Of a stretch of 64,000 bases of DNA, positions 46,217 through 54,640 are shown piece by piece. Each line of letters begins with the position of its first letter. The stretch's first letter is position 1. The DNA is from Deltaproteobacteria bacterium. Lineage in GTDB: Bacteria; Myxococcota; Myxococcia; Myxococcales; JAHFDP01. The notes under the pieces were generated by a model that worked only from the letters and a program-made list of their open reading frames with translations, was not told the DNA's origin and searched no databases. Position numbers and translations under genes: made by a program. The stretch covers positions 17,704 to 81,703 of the forward strand of contig JAHFDP010000004.1 of assembly GCA_023248955.1 (NCBI GenBank), given 5' to 3'.

Positions 46217-46452
46217 GAGGCTGTCGGGAAATTGTCCACGAAACGAGGCGAGTGATCGCGGTTCAGAGCCGAGGCGGACCGAGGACCGCCCGGAGGCGCA
46301 CTTTTCGGTGCGTCGAGGACGGACCGCAAGGGCTTGGCCTTCCACTACGCGTGTCAGCGCGAGCCGTGCCGTGGCCACAGGGGCTACGGCCAACGAAGGA
46401 TATGGGCCGCGATCGCTCGCCGCAGTCGAGACAATTTCCCGACAGTCTCCTA
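46214..46452. mobile_element. MITE-like 235-bp element with 21-bp TIRs flanked by TA
   Basis: GGAGGCTGTCGGGAAATTGTC (46216-46236) pairs with GACAATTTCCCGACAGTCTCC (46430-46450) with one mismatch. TA lies on both sides. Pairing extends inward (GAGGCGAGTGATCGCGG / CCGCGATCGCTCGCCGC). The interior is rich in hairpins. Confidence 0.55.
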
Positions 46453-46463
46453 GAATCGCCTCG

Positions 46464-47267
46464 ATGCTCCGCGCCACATTGGACATGTACGTCGCCACCG
46501 CGACACGCGCGGCTCGTCTCACCGCGCGCGGCTGGCCGGCGGCGTTCGTCATCGTCGTCTACACGGCCATCGTTTTCGCCGCCGGATTTTTCCTCGGCCA
46601 TTTGGGAATCGTCGGCGGCTTTCTGATGGGCTTCGTGGAATGCGCGGTGGTGAGCTCCTTTTTGGCGATGGTCGAACAGGTCGCCAACGTCGGCCGCCTT
46701 ACCCGCGACGATTTCACACGCAGCTTCGGCGCCTATTTTTGGGACGTCATGGGCGTCTTGTTTCTCTTCTGGATGATTTCAATGGCCCAAAACGCCATCG
46801 CTGCCGCGCTTCCTCCAAGCGGACAGTTGGCCGTTGGTTTGGCCGTGGCCATTGGCGAATTCGTTTTCTTAAATGCCTGTCCGGAAATCATTTACAAACG
46901 CCGCCTCGGCTCGAGCTTGCAGGGCAGCCTCGCCGTGGTCTCCGAATCGGCGAAATTCGTTCAAGCCAATTGGATCGAATGGTTTGTTCCGAATTTCGCG
47001 CTCGCTTTTTTAGCGATCCTGGCCACGCCACTTTTTTGGGCCCACGGCATTTCCGGTATTGCCTATCTGATTCCATCGCTCATGAATCCATTGCAAGCGC
47101 CCATTCTTTTGGCGGGCCCACTTCTCGCGGGCGGTCTGGGACTTTCGCTGTTTCTATTGCCGCCGTTTCTTCTCGCACTGCTTTACGCCATGGTCTTTCG
47201 CGGACTGCTCTTTGATGAGCTGTCGCGTGGATCGCGCCGTCTGCGTGCGTTTCGCGCGCGATTTTAA
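46464..47267 (+). CDS. polytopic membrane protein, unknown function
   Basis: ATG 46464. About 7 hydrophobic segments (e.g. AAFVIVVYTAIVFAAGFFLG, GVLFLFWMISMAQNAIAAAL, LSLFLLPPFLLALLYAMVF). Confidence 0.6.
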   Translation: MLRATLDMYVATATRAARLTARGWPAAFVIVVYTAIVFAAGFFLGHLGIVGGFLMGFVECAVVSSFLAMVEQVANVGRLTRDDFTRSFGAYFWDVMGVLFLFWMISMAQNAIAAALPPSGQLAVGLAVAIGEFVFLNACPEIIYKRRLGSSLQGSLAVVSESAKFVQANWIEWFVPNFALAFLAILATPLFWAHGISGIAYLIPSLMNPLQAPILLAGPLLAGGLGLSLFLLPPFLLALLYAMVFRGLLFDELSRGSRRLRAFRARF

Positions 47268-47630
47268 AACCAAATTTCCCGAACAAGTTGCTTGCGCGTT
47301 CGCGTGCAGATGCGGCCCCCACGCGAGCGGAATTTTGCCGCGGATTGGGGTTGTGCCTTTGACGGCCCCGTCGACCTTCACCGCTGCGCCCAGCTCGGCC
47401 GAGGCTAGGATGAGAAAGCCCTGCCGCTCGGTGAGCACCTTGCCGACCAGCACCCTCACGTTGCGCTTGACGGCCGCGATGAGAACCTCCTCTTTGCCCT
47501 TCACATTTTCCGTGACGCGCCCCTCGACCGAGCCGTCGCTCGCGCTGGCGAGCGTCAGATTCAGCACCCAGGTGTCGCTGAGCTTTCCGAGCGAGCCGGC
47601 CACTGAGTTGCGGCCGACACAGCTAGCGGT
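47154..47630 (-). pseudogene. 5'-truncated PEGA-domain lipoprotein-like remnant
   Basis: C..RNSVAGSLGKLSDTWVLNLTLASASDGSVEGRVTENVKG...LIAAVKRNVRVLVGK is followed by a PEGA-like segment (GFLILASAELGAAVKVDGAVKGTTPIRGKIPL). There is no signal peptide or credible start, and the frame overlaps the convergent gene by about 110 bp. Confidence 0.3.
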
Positions 47631-47879
47631 TGCCCACCCGCGCCCGCCGGCCGAAGGGCCTAGACCGCAACGAGACAGGCTTAACTTCCAGGCTCCTAGC
47701 CGAGCAACGTCGATGTCAGACCCGCGCGCTACACCTGTCCGCGGGGGCAGGGTATCAGACGGGCGGGGCGGTGCGCGGCGAAGGCGCGGGGGACTGTGTA
47801 CGAGCGACAGCCGGGTGCGGCTGCTCGGCCGTTGCCTGCCGCCTGGCAGCGGCGTGAGCCAGAGAAGACCGTGTTGCAC

Positions 47880-48073
47880 GTGGTCGTTCGGGACCACCTG
47901 CGCACCTTTCTCGACGAGGCGCGGGAGACCCGGACCCGTCGCATGTGTCGCTCCGTGATTCCAGCAATCACTCCCGCCTCGGCCACGGTCAGCAACCCTC
48001 TATCGAGCCGCTTCACCAAGTCCAACCTCTTCCATTGCTGCTCGCTTATCTTGTCCATTCCCTTTGGTCTCAC
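47880..48073 (-). mobile_element. IS481/ISNCY-type transposase N-terminal HTH remnant
   Basis: MDKISEQQWKRLDLVKRLDRGLLTVAEAGVIAGITERHMRRV matches the usual S..E..RL.....L..G.LT..EAA..LG.S.R...R pattern. The frame decays afterwards and there is no integrase core. Confidence 0.4.
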
Positions 48074-48155
48074 GACCTTCGAGAGCGGACATTTTCCCTG
48101 AGCTGTTAGGCGGACATTATCGCTGACCTACAACAGCCTGTGATAAGACGAATTG

Positions 48156-49568
48156 ATGGGACGTTCACGAGCCTTCCGCATCGCGTTGGCCTCCTTTGGA
48201 ATGGCAACGCCCGCCCTTGCCGCGGAAACATTGCCGGTCGGTCGGCCGGGACTTTCACTCGAGCAATTCGTTCCGCCAATCGGCAGCGGTGTCGCGGCCA
48301 TTCCCACCGCGCGTACGCTGGATATGCTCGATTATTCGCTCGATTTCTTTTTGGATTATGCCAAGTCGCCATTAACGGTCATGGGCGGGAAAGCCATTGT
48401 TGCGCATCAGGTCACCGGTCAATTAAGGGCGGCATTGGGCTTGGGGCCGGTGGAAGTTGGCCTCGGGCTCCCGATGACGCTGTTTCAGCGAACCGATTTC
48501 GCGGACGCGCAGCACACCTTTAACGCCGTAGCGCTGGGCGATTTACGCCTTGGCGTCAAGGGCCGAATGACGCCGGCCGATTCGATGATCGGTGCCGCGC
48601 TGGATCTAGAATCTTCCTTTCCGACGGGCGGCGGCGATCATTTCTCGAGTGAACCGGGCGCGGACCTTTTGGGCCGATTGGTTTTCGACCTCAATGCCGG
48701 CGCTTTTTCCTTGGATACTTTCGGCGGATATCGTTACCGAACCACCGCGGTTCGTTATGTGAATCTTTATTTATTTGACGAGCTCGTAGCGGGCGGCGGT
48801 GTTTCTTATGCCGTGCTTCCGGAGCGACTAAGCCTCTTCGCGCAAACGTGGCTGGCGTGGGGGCTGCACGGCGATCCCGCCGTTCCCGGAAAGGAACCGA
48901 CCCGGAATGAAATGCCGTTCGAAGCGCTTTTCGGCGCGCGGGTCGATTTGCCGCAGGGTTTTCGCGCCACACTCGGGGCGGGGCCGGGATTGACCATCGG
49001 TTACGGAACGCCAACGTTTCGCGCGGTCTTGGCCCTTGGCTACACGTCGCCGCATCGCTCTGCTCCAGTTCCGCCAGAAATGGCGCCGCGGCCTGAGCGG
49101 GAGGCGCAGCCGAAACGGCTTCCACCGCCGCCGCTGCCGCCTCCTCCTGCGGTTCCCAAGCTGGAGGCACCCGCGCCGCGCGAGAATATTGTCCAGCGCG
49201 TGACGGTCACCAAAGAGCGCGTGGAAATCGAAGAGAAGATTCAATTCGATACTGACAGCGCGAAAATAAAGACCGAGTCTTACGCCCTGCTGAAGCGGCT
49301 CGCCGAAGTGATGAATGAACATTCCGAATTGAAGAAGGTCCTTATTGCCGGCCATACCGACGAACGTGGCGGCGCAGGGTACAATCGCGAGCTGTCGCTT
49401 GAGCGAGCAAAGAGTGTGAAACGGTTCCTGACGAATTACGGCGTCGAGTCCGATCGGTTGGCCGCGCGGGGATTTGGATTCGACATGCCGCTGGTTCCGG
49501 ACGCCAAAACGGACGATGAGCATGAGAAAAATCGGCGCGTGGAGTTTGAGATCCTGCAGCGGAGGTAG
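48156..49568 (+). CDS. OmpA-family outer-membrane protein
   Basis: Signal peptide RIALASFGMATPALAAE, a Pro-rich linker, and the C-terminal OmpA domain (IQFDTDSAKIK...IAGHTDERGGAGYNRELSLERAKSV...NRRVEFEI). Confidence 0.85.
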   Translation: MGRSRAFRIALASFGMATPALAAETLPVGRPGLSLEQFVPPIGSGVAAIPTARTLDMLDYSLDFFLDYAKSPLTVMGGKAIVAHQVTGQLRAALGLGPVEVGLGLPMTLFQRTDFADAQHTFNAVALGDLRLGVKGRMTPADSMIGAALDLESSFPTGGGDHFSSEPGADLLGRLVFDLNAGAFSLDTFGGYRYRTTAVRYVNLYLFDELVAGGGVSYAVLPERLSLFAQTWLAWGLHGDPAVPGKEPTRNEMPFEALFGARVDLPQGFRATLGAGPGLTIGYGTPTFRAVLALGYTSPHRSAPVPPEMAPRPEREAQPKRLPPPPLPPPPAVPKLEAPAPRENIVQRVTVTKERVEIEEKIQFDTDSAKIKTESYALLKRLAEVMNEHSELKKVLIAGHTDERGGAGYNRELSLERAKSVKRFLTNYGVESDRLAARGFGFDMPLVPDAKTDDEHEKNRRVEFEILQRR

Positions 49569-49571
49569 TGG

Positions 49572-51785
49572 ATGCGAGCTTCGCGATTCGTCCTCGTTTG
49601 TCTTCTGTTCGGCACGGCGCGGCTGGCGCAAGCGGGGAGCTACACCACGCCGTCCATTTCGTGGCGGGACAACTATTGCGGGCCTGATATTTGTGGATCG
49701 ACGACGGCCTCCTCAAGCAGCAACGGGGTCATTTGCGGTGCGAGCGGAATCGCGGACAAAGTCTTTACCGATAAAACGCCGCCCGGAACCATTGTTACCG
49801 ACGTTCAGGTCAAGATTTTCGGAACAGGCGATAAAACGTCCACGGCGACCGTTTCGATTAACAACACGGTGATTGAAGCGGCAAGGGTTCTGGCGAACGG
49901 TACTGGCGCGACGTGCGATACCACCACGTTTAGTTTGTCCAATGCCGTTGGTATTCCCAATTGGAAATATCAGGCCGATAATACGGTTCATATCGATATT
50001 ACGAGTGGTGCGAACGGCTACTATTACGTCGTTTCCGGCACTGTTACCGCAACCTATCCTGCGCCGCCGTCCGCGGATTTGAGCGTGGCGCCCAACCCGG
50101 TGGCTTTTGGCAATCAACGGGTCGGGATCACCAGTGCCGCGAAGACAGTGACGATTACCAGCACCGGCCTTTTGCCGCTGACGGTGACGGCAATCTCGGC
50201 GCCCACGGATGCCAATGCCGGCGACTTCGTGTTGGGAAACCTTCCCGTGATGCCGTTCACGCTTGCGACGAATCAGACCGCCACGTTCAACGCGACCTTC
50301 ACGCCGGCCGGTCCGGGCACGCGTCTAGCGACCTTCACGATCACGAGCAACGCGCCGACGAGTCCAACCACGGTCGCGCTGTCGGGGACGGGCATTCAGC
50401 CCGCGATCGCGGTCGCCTCCAGTCCCGTTGCGTTTGGCGATCAGCGCGTCGGTATTTCGAGCGCGGCCAAGACCGTCACCATTACCAATACGGGCGACGA
50501 TTCACTTTCGATTTCTGACCTTTCGCTCGGCGGCGCCAATGCCGGCGATTTTTCGATAGGCGGAAATCCCGCACCGGTCACGCTCGTGGCGCACGGGACG
50601 GCGACGTTCACAGTCCTCTTCACGCCGACAGCGGCGGGGGCGCGTGCGGCGTCGGTGACCATCAAAAGCAATGCGCCCACCAGCCCGACCGTTGTTCCGC
50701 TGACCGGCAATGGTTTGCAGCAGGCCATCACGGTCGCGCCGCTGGTGATCGATTTTGGTGCCGTGCGGCCGAGCGCAACCGCGGGGCCGAAGACCGTCAC
50801 CATCACCAACAGCGGAACCGCACCGTTGACGGTGCAGGCCATCACGCTCGGTGGGACCAATCCCGGCGATTTTGCGCTGACCACCTTGCCCTCACTGCCG
50901 GCGACGCTGGCGCCGAAAGATTCGCAAACGTTCGCTGCTACCTTCACGCCCACGGTCATTGGCGCGCGCAGTGCGACGGTGACCATCACCAGCGATGCGC
51001 CGGACAGTCCGGCGATCGTGCAGCTTCAAGGCAACGGTGCGTCGCCAGTGGTTTCGGTGGTGCCAACTGCGCTCGACTTCGGACCGGTGCAGATCGGCAC
51101 GCATCCGAACAAGTCGGTGACACTGAGCAACCAGGGCCCGGGCAGCATCACCGTGACCGCGCTGGCCATGGCGGGATCGAAAAATTTTGGTCTCGTTGCG
51201 TCGCCGACGTTGCCGCTTCCGGTGGCGCAGGGCGCGGCGCTTTCGTTGGTAGTCTCGTATGCGCCCACGGCGATCGCCGCGGACTCAGGCAGTCTCGTCA
51301 TCACCACCGACAGCACGCCGGACATCGTGGTGCCGCTGACCGGATCGGGCGTGACCGGGAAACTCGTCGTCACGCCATTGAGTATCGACTTTGGCAGTGT
51401 GCTGCTCGGTGCGACTTCCGAAGCGAAGGACGTCACCGTGTCCAACACCGGCAGCGGGCCCTTGCGGATCATGACCGGCGAGATGGTGGGCGACGGGAAG
51501 GCAGCGTTCGCCGTTCAAAATGCGCCGCCGCTGCCCGCCGTGATGAATGCGGGAGATTCGCAGGTGCTGCACTTGACATTTTCGCCGACGGTCATGGACG
51601 CGCAGTCGGCGTCGCTGCGGCTGACCACGGATCTTCCGGATGGCGCGTCGGCGGAGGTGAAGCTAACCGGCACTGGGCGGCAGACCATCGGTGGCGGTGG
51701 ATGCAGCTGCCGGTCCGGCGACGGAGCGACGTGGGTAGTTGTGGTGCTGGCGATGGTGCTTTGGGTACGGCGGCGTCGGGCTTAA
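49572..51785 (+). CDS. secreted protein with six Ig-like (choice-of-anchor-D/ASH-type) repeats and MYXO-CTERM anchor
   Basis: 737-aa ORF starting 4 nt after the ompA-like stop. About 100-aa repeats (V.P..v.FG.qrvG..s..ktVTItNtG...L.i......G.nagDF). The tail GGGGCSCRSGDGATWVVVVLAMVLWVRRRRA is MYXO-CTERM-like. Confidence 0.8.
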   Translation: MRASRFVLVCLLFGTARLAQAGSYTTPSISWRDNYCGPDICGSTTASSSSNGVICGASGIADKVFTDKTPPGTIVTDVQVKIFGTGDKTSTATVSINNTVIEAARVLANGTGATCDTTTFSLSNAVGIPNWKYQADNTVHIDITSGANGYYYVVSGTVTATYPAPPSADLSVAPNPVAFGNQRVGITSAAKTVTITSTGLLPLTVTAISAPTDANAGDFVLGNLPVMPFTLATNQTATFNATFTPAGPGTRLATFTITSNAPTSPTTVALSGTGIQPAIAVASSPVAFGDQRVGISSAAKTVTITNTGDDSLSISDLSLGGANAGDFSIGGNPAPVTLVAHGTATFTVLFTPTAAGARAASVTIKSNAPTSPTVVPLTGNGLQQAITVAPLVIDFGAVRPSATAGPKTVTITNSGTAPLTVQAITLGGTNPGDFALTTLPSLPATLAPKDSQTFAATFTPTVIGARSATVTITSDAPDSPAIVQLQGNGASPVVSVVPTALDFGPVQIGTHPNKSVTLSNQGPGSITVTALAMAGSKNFGLVASPTLPLPVAQGAALSLVVSYAPTAIAADSGSLVITTDSTPDIVVPLTGSGVTGKLVVTPLSIDFGSVLLGATSEAKDVTVSNTGSGPLRIMTGEMVGDGKAAFAVQNAPPLPAVMNAGDSQVLHLTFSPTVMDAQSASLRLTTDLPDGASAEVKLTGTGRQTIGGGGCSCRSGDGATWVVVVLAMVLWVRRRRA

Positions 51786-51803
51786 GCAGCACTCCAAAAT
51801 AAT

Positions 51804-51896
51804 GGCGCTCCTAAATCCCTCGTGGGTCACCGAGAGCGGATTTCAGAGCGGTGGCGTGGTTTCATAACCTGATCCAAGCAATGGAAACGCATCGGG
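51804..51896 (+). mobile_element. second ISL3-like remnant (about 93 bp), inverted relative to 22605..22955
   Basis: ggcgctcctaaatccctcgtgggtcaccgag...ctgatccaagcaatggaaacgcatcgg aligns at roughly 85 percent with the reverse complement of 22863-22955. Homology stops after the METHR codons. Confidence 0.7.
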
Positions 51897-52059
51897 CTTC
51901 CGATGGTAATTCGGGTTTGCGGACTCGAAAGCCAAAGGAGACCCGATGCGCATGCGCGAGCGGCGAGACGCAAATTCCGTCGGGGCAGGCGCTGCTGCTC
52001 GACGCCGGTGAGGGATTCGAGGTTTTTGTTATGAAAGCATTCCGATCTGAGTCGCGTTA

Positions 52060-52090
52060 TGATAAAATATCATGATTTGATAAAATATCG
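52060..52090 (+). promoter_or_regulatory. twin palindromic operator-like sites in an AT-rich promoter region
   Basis: TGATAAAATATCA (52060-52072, perfect TGATA/TATCA palindrome) and TGATAAAATATCG (52078-52090), 22-52 bp upstream of the DUF4258 start codon. Confidence 0.45.
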
Positions 52091-52111
52091 ATTCGGCACC
52101 ATCCTTGGCTT

Positions 52112-52369
52112 ATGACCTCTGCCGAGGTCCTCAAGCTCGTTCGCGAGTGGTCCGGCCTCGGTCGGTGCGTCATCACGCAGCATGCTGCTGCGCGGATGTA
52201 CCAGCGGCACGTCACGCACCGCGACGTTTTGAATGCCTTGAAAAATGCGAAGACGTGCCAGAAAGCTGACGGAGAGAAATGGAAGGTTGGAGGACCAGAC
52301 TTCGACGGAGATGATCTCACGGTTGTTGTTGCTCTGGAAAGCGGCTTGGTTGTCGTAACGGTCTATTGA
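52112..52369 (+). CDS. DUF4258-family toxin-like protein
   Basis: 85 aa. CVITQHAAARMYQRHVTHRDVLNAL matches the DUF4258 H.A..RM..R.I core. Directly followed by an MqsA-type antitoxin gene. Confidence 0.65.
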   Translation: MTSAEVLKLVREWSGLGRCVITQHAAARMYQRHVTHRDVLNALKNAKTCQKADGEKWKVGGPDFDGDDLTVVVALESGLVVVTVY

Positions 52370-52381
52370 AGGAGGTTCGGA

Positions 52382-52861
52382 ATGGGCGGCAAGGGTTTCA
52401 AAATGGTTCGCTGTGTTTCGTGCGGCAAATCGGCCCTGGCGGATACACGTCAGGAGCAGGACCTAACCGTAGCCGGCCACACTTTTACGTCGACGCTACC
52501 GGCGCAGCGCTGTCGGAGCTGCGGCGAGATTTATTTCAGCGCCAGCTCGTTGGAAGCGTTCGAGCTACAAGTTGCTGCCTCGCTGGCCAAGGCTGGCGAG
52601 CGGTCCGGCAGCGCACTGAAGTTTATGCGCAAGGCCTCTGACCTTCGCGCAAACGAGCTCGCCGAGCTGCTCGATTTGGCGCCGGAGACGATCTACCGGT
52701 GGGAGAGCGGAAAACTTTCAATTGAACGCCGCGCGCTGGCGCTCCTCGCGTCGATGGTTCTCGAGAAGAGCGAAGGGCGAACGAATACGTTGGATGAGTT
52801 GCGGGTATTGAGGAAGCCCAAGAGGTTGCCACGGCGGCTCCGTCTTAAGGTTGCCGTTTAG
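52382..52861 (+). CDS. MqsA/YgiT-type zinc-ribbon plus XRE-HTH antitoxin
   Basis: GAAGGAGG RBS 6 nt upstream. CVSCG...CRSCGEIY zinc ribbon and the HTH LRANELAELLDLAPETIYRWESGK. Confidence 0.75.
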   Translation: MGGKGFKMVRCVSCGKSALADTRQEQDLTVAGHTFTSTLPAQRCRSCGEIYFSASSLEAFELQVAASLAKAGERSGSALKFMRKASDLRANELAELLDLAPETIYRWESGKLSIERRALALLASMVLEKSEGRTNTLDELRVLRKPKRLPRRLRLKVAV

Positions 52862-52976
52862 ACTTCGCCTTCGTCATCCGGCAGCTCCGCGTGCTTTGGA
52901 TGACAGCTTCATCATGGTGCGCTGGTGGTGCGGAAGCGGGCCCAGAGGGCTACGGCGAAGGGCATCATCAACGGCG

Positions 52977-53744
52977 CTACTCCAGCTTGGGCCATTCGCC
53001 GAGGATTGACCACCCGCGCCCGCGGGTTTCGAAATCCACCGCAACGAGGTTTCCGGGGCGAGCAACCTTATTTAGCCCGACGCAGCGAACACCCGCGACT
53101 TCGGCGTCAAGGCGGGTGTGATGGTGACCAAAGAAGCAGACCCGGGGACGAACACGGGAGAGGAGATCGTCAAGTCCGGCCGCCTCGCTAACGAACCCCG
53201 CGCCGCGCCGATGTCTTTCGAACGTCACTCCTGCGGGAGCGTCATGCACGAGCAGGATGTCGATGTCCGAGCGATGCGAGAGCCTGTCGATCTCGTCCTT
53301 TGTATAGTGCCGCCTCGCATAGCCTGCGAGATCCCTTGATTGGCGCTCGTAGTCGGATGGCCCGAAACAGCCGCCGACACCACCCACGCGAATGGCCTCG
53401 CGACCTTCGCCGAGCGCCATCACCTGACCATTTGGAAGGTAGAATAAACCGGGCAGGACCTCGTTATTGGGCTGTGCATCGAGCCAGACGAAGTCTTCGT
53501 GGTTTCCCTTGATGAATACGGTCCGTCGAGGGGCCGCACGGTTTTCGGCGATCCAGGAGGGGAAATCGCCGGCACCATGGTTCCTCGTGGCCTTGTCGAT
53601 GCGATTGGGATTCGGCCAGATGCCGAAGTCTCCAACGTGCAGCACCCAGTCGAAGCGGACACCGAGCATTGCCTCGAGTGCGAGGACGTCATCGTAGAGG
53701 CGATTGAGCGATCCATGGATATCGCCGGCGGCGCAGAGCAGCAT
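52977..53744 (-). CDS. calcineurin-like metallophosphoesterase
   Basis: 255 aa with motifs GDIHG, VGDFG, GNHED, VHD and GHHH in canonical order. AAGGAG RBS. The start lies 3 nt after the upstream stop. Confidence 0.85.
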   Translation of the reverse strand: MLLCAAGDIHGSLNRLYDDVLALEAMLGVRFDWVLHVGDFGIWPNPNRIDKATRNHGAGDFPSWIAENRAAPRRTVFIKGNHEDFVWLDAQPNNEVLPGLFYLPNGQVMALGEGREAIRVGGVGGCFGPSDYERQSRDLAGYARRHYTKDEIDRLSHRSDIDILLVHDAPAGVTFERHRRGAGFVSEAAGLDDLLSRVRPRVCFFGHHHTRLDAEVAGVRCVGLNKVARPGNLVAVDFETRGRGWSILGEWPKLE

Positions 53745-53747
53745 GCG

Positions 53748-54395
53748 TTATCGCTCCTTTCCTCGAATTCGCTTCCGCGACGTTCTCAATGTCCTCTTTT
53801 TATCCCGAAATTCTTTTCTGTTGCTCGCTCCTATCGAAGCTTCGATGAGCGCTTGCGTGATGTGAGTTCCATACCCCATTGCCATTTTACGGAGCCGGGT
53901 GCGGTTAAAATTTCTTCGGCCAAGTGCGCGGCTAAGTGCCGCTGCGAGATCCGCGTGGGTCGCGCCGGCCTGATCTGCATTTTCAAAAAGATCGACGACG
54001 AACCACTCGGGCGGAGGTTTGGCAGGGAACGCCACCCGCCGCAAGACGAAGGTCCGTTCGCCTAGGTTGAAGGTGCCCGAGCGCTTCGTGTTGTAAACGA
54101 GAGACGAAGCAAAAACGGCGGTGGCTCCGAGTCCAAGGGCGTTCCAGCGTTCGGGGCCGGTGAAAACGAAGGAGCCACCGTCGAGAAACGCTCGCATGAG
54201 TTCTTCGTCGCTCGGAGGAAGGACGCCAAATCGCCCGTACCGCGGATGAGAAAAGAGACCATGAGCGAGTCGCACGAGAACGCCTTCGCGAACAAGGCGC
54301 TCGGCAAGCCGCGGAGCGTTAGCTCCCCACACGGAAAGATCTCTCGTGCGGTAGACGTGTCCGGGGAGAAGGTCTGGATGGGTTGGTGCTGGCAT
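53748..54395 (-). CDS. AbiEi/DUF6088-like winged-HTH protein
   Basis: 215 aa. YRTRDLSVWGANAPRLAERLVREGVLVRLAHGLFSHP, then WNALGLGATAVFASSLVYNTKRSGTFNLGERTFVLRRV. This pattern resembles AbiEi-type antitoxin N-terminal domains. Basic C-terminal tail. Confidence 0.55.
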   Translation of the reverse strand: MPAPTHPDLLPGHVYRTRDLSVWGANAPRLAERLVREGVLVRLAHGLFSHPRYGRFGVLPPSDEELMRAFLDGGSFVFTGPERWNALGLGATAVFASSLVYNTKRSGTFNLGERTFVLRRVAFPAKPPPEWFVVDLFENADQAGATHADLAAALSRALGRRNFNRTRLRKMAMGYGTHITQALIEASIGASNRKEFRDKKRTLRTSRKRIRGKER

Positions 54396-54640
54396 GGAAT
54401 CGTATTTTTATTTCTGAAGAAAAGATACAATATATTCATGATGGGCACAATGCCGCCAGCCAACGGCGATCGTCGCCACCGGCGGTGCGATCGTCTCCTC
54501 CCTTCGGTAAGCGTGTAGGGGCTGCTCCATTTCAGGCGCCGCTCGAACAGTTTCGCAGGCGCCGACTGCGAAATGGGGGCGAAACGGCAAAGGGTGAGGT
54601 GTTTCGTTAGAGATCGGGATGCGTTGTACGCCTTGCCGAG

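Noticed and set aside
48828-49631. 267-aa minus-strand ORF over the ompA-like gene
   Set aside because: It is antisense to a gene with a textbook OmpA C-terminal domain.
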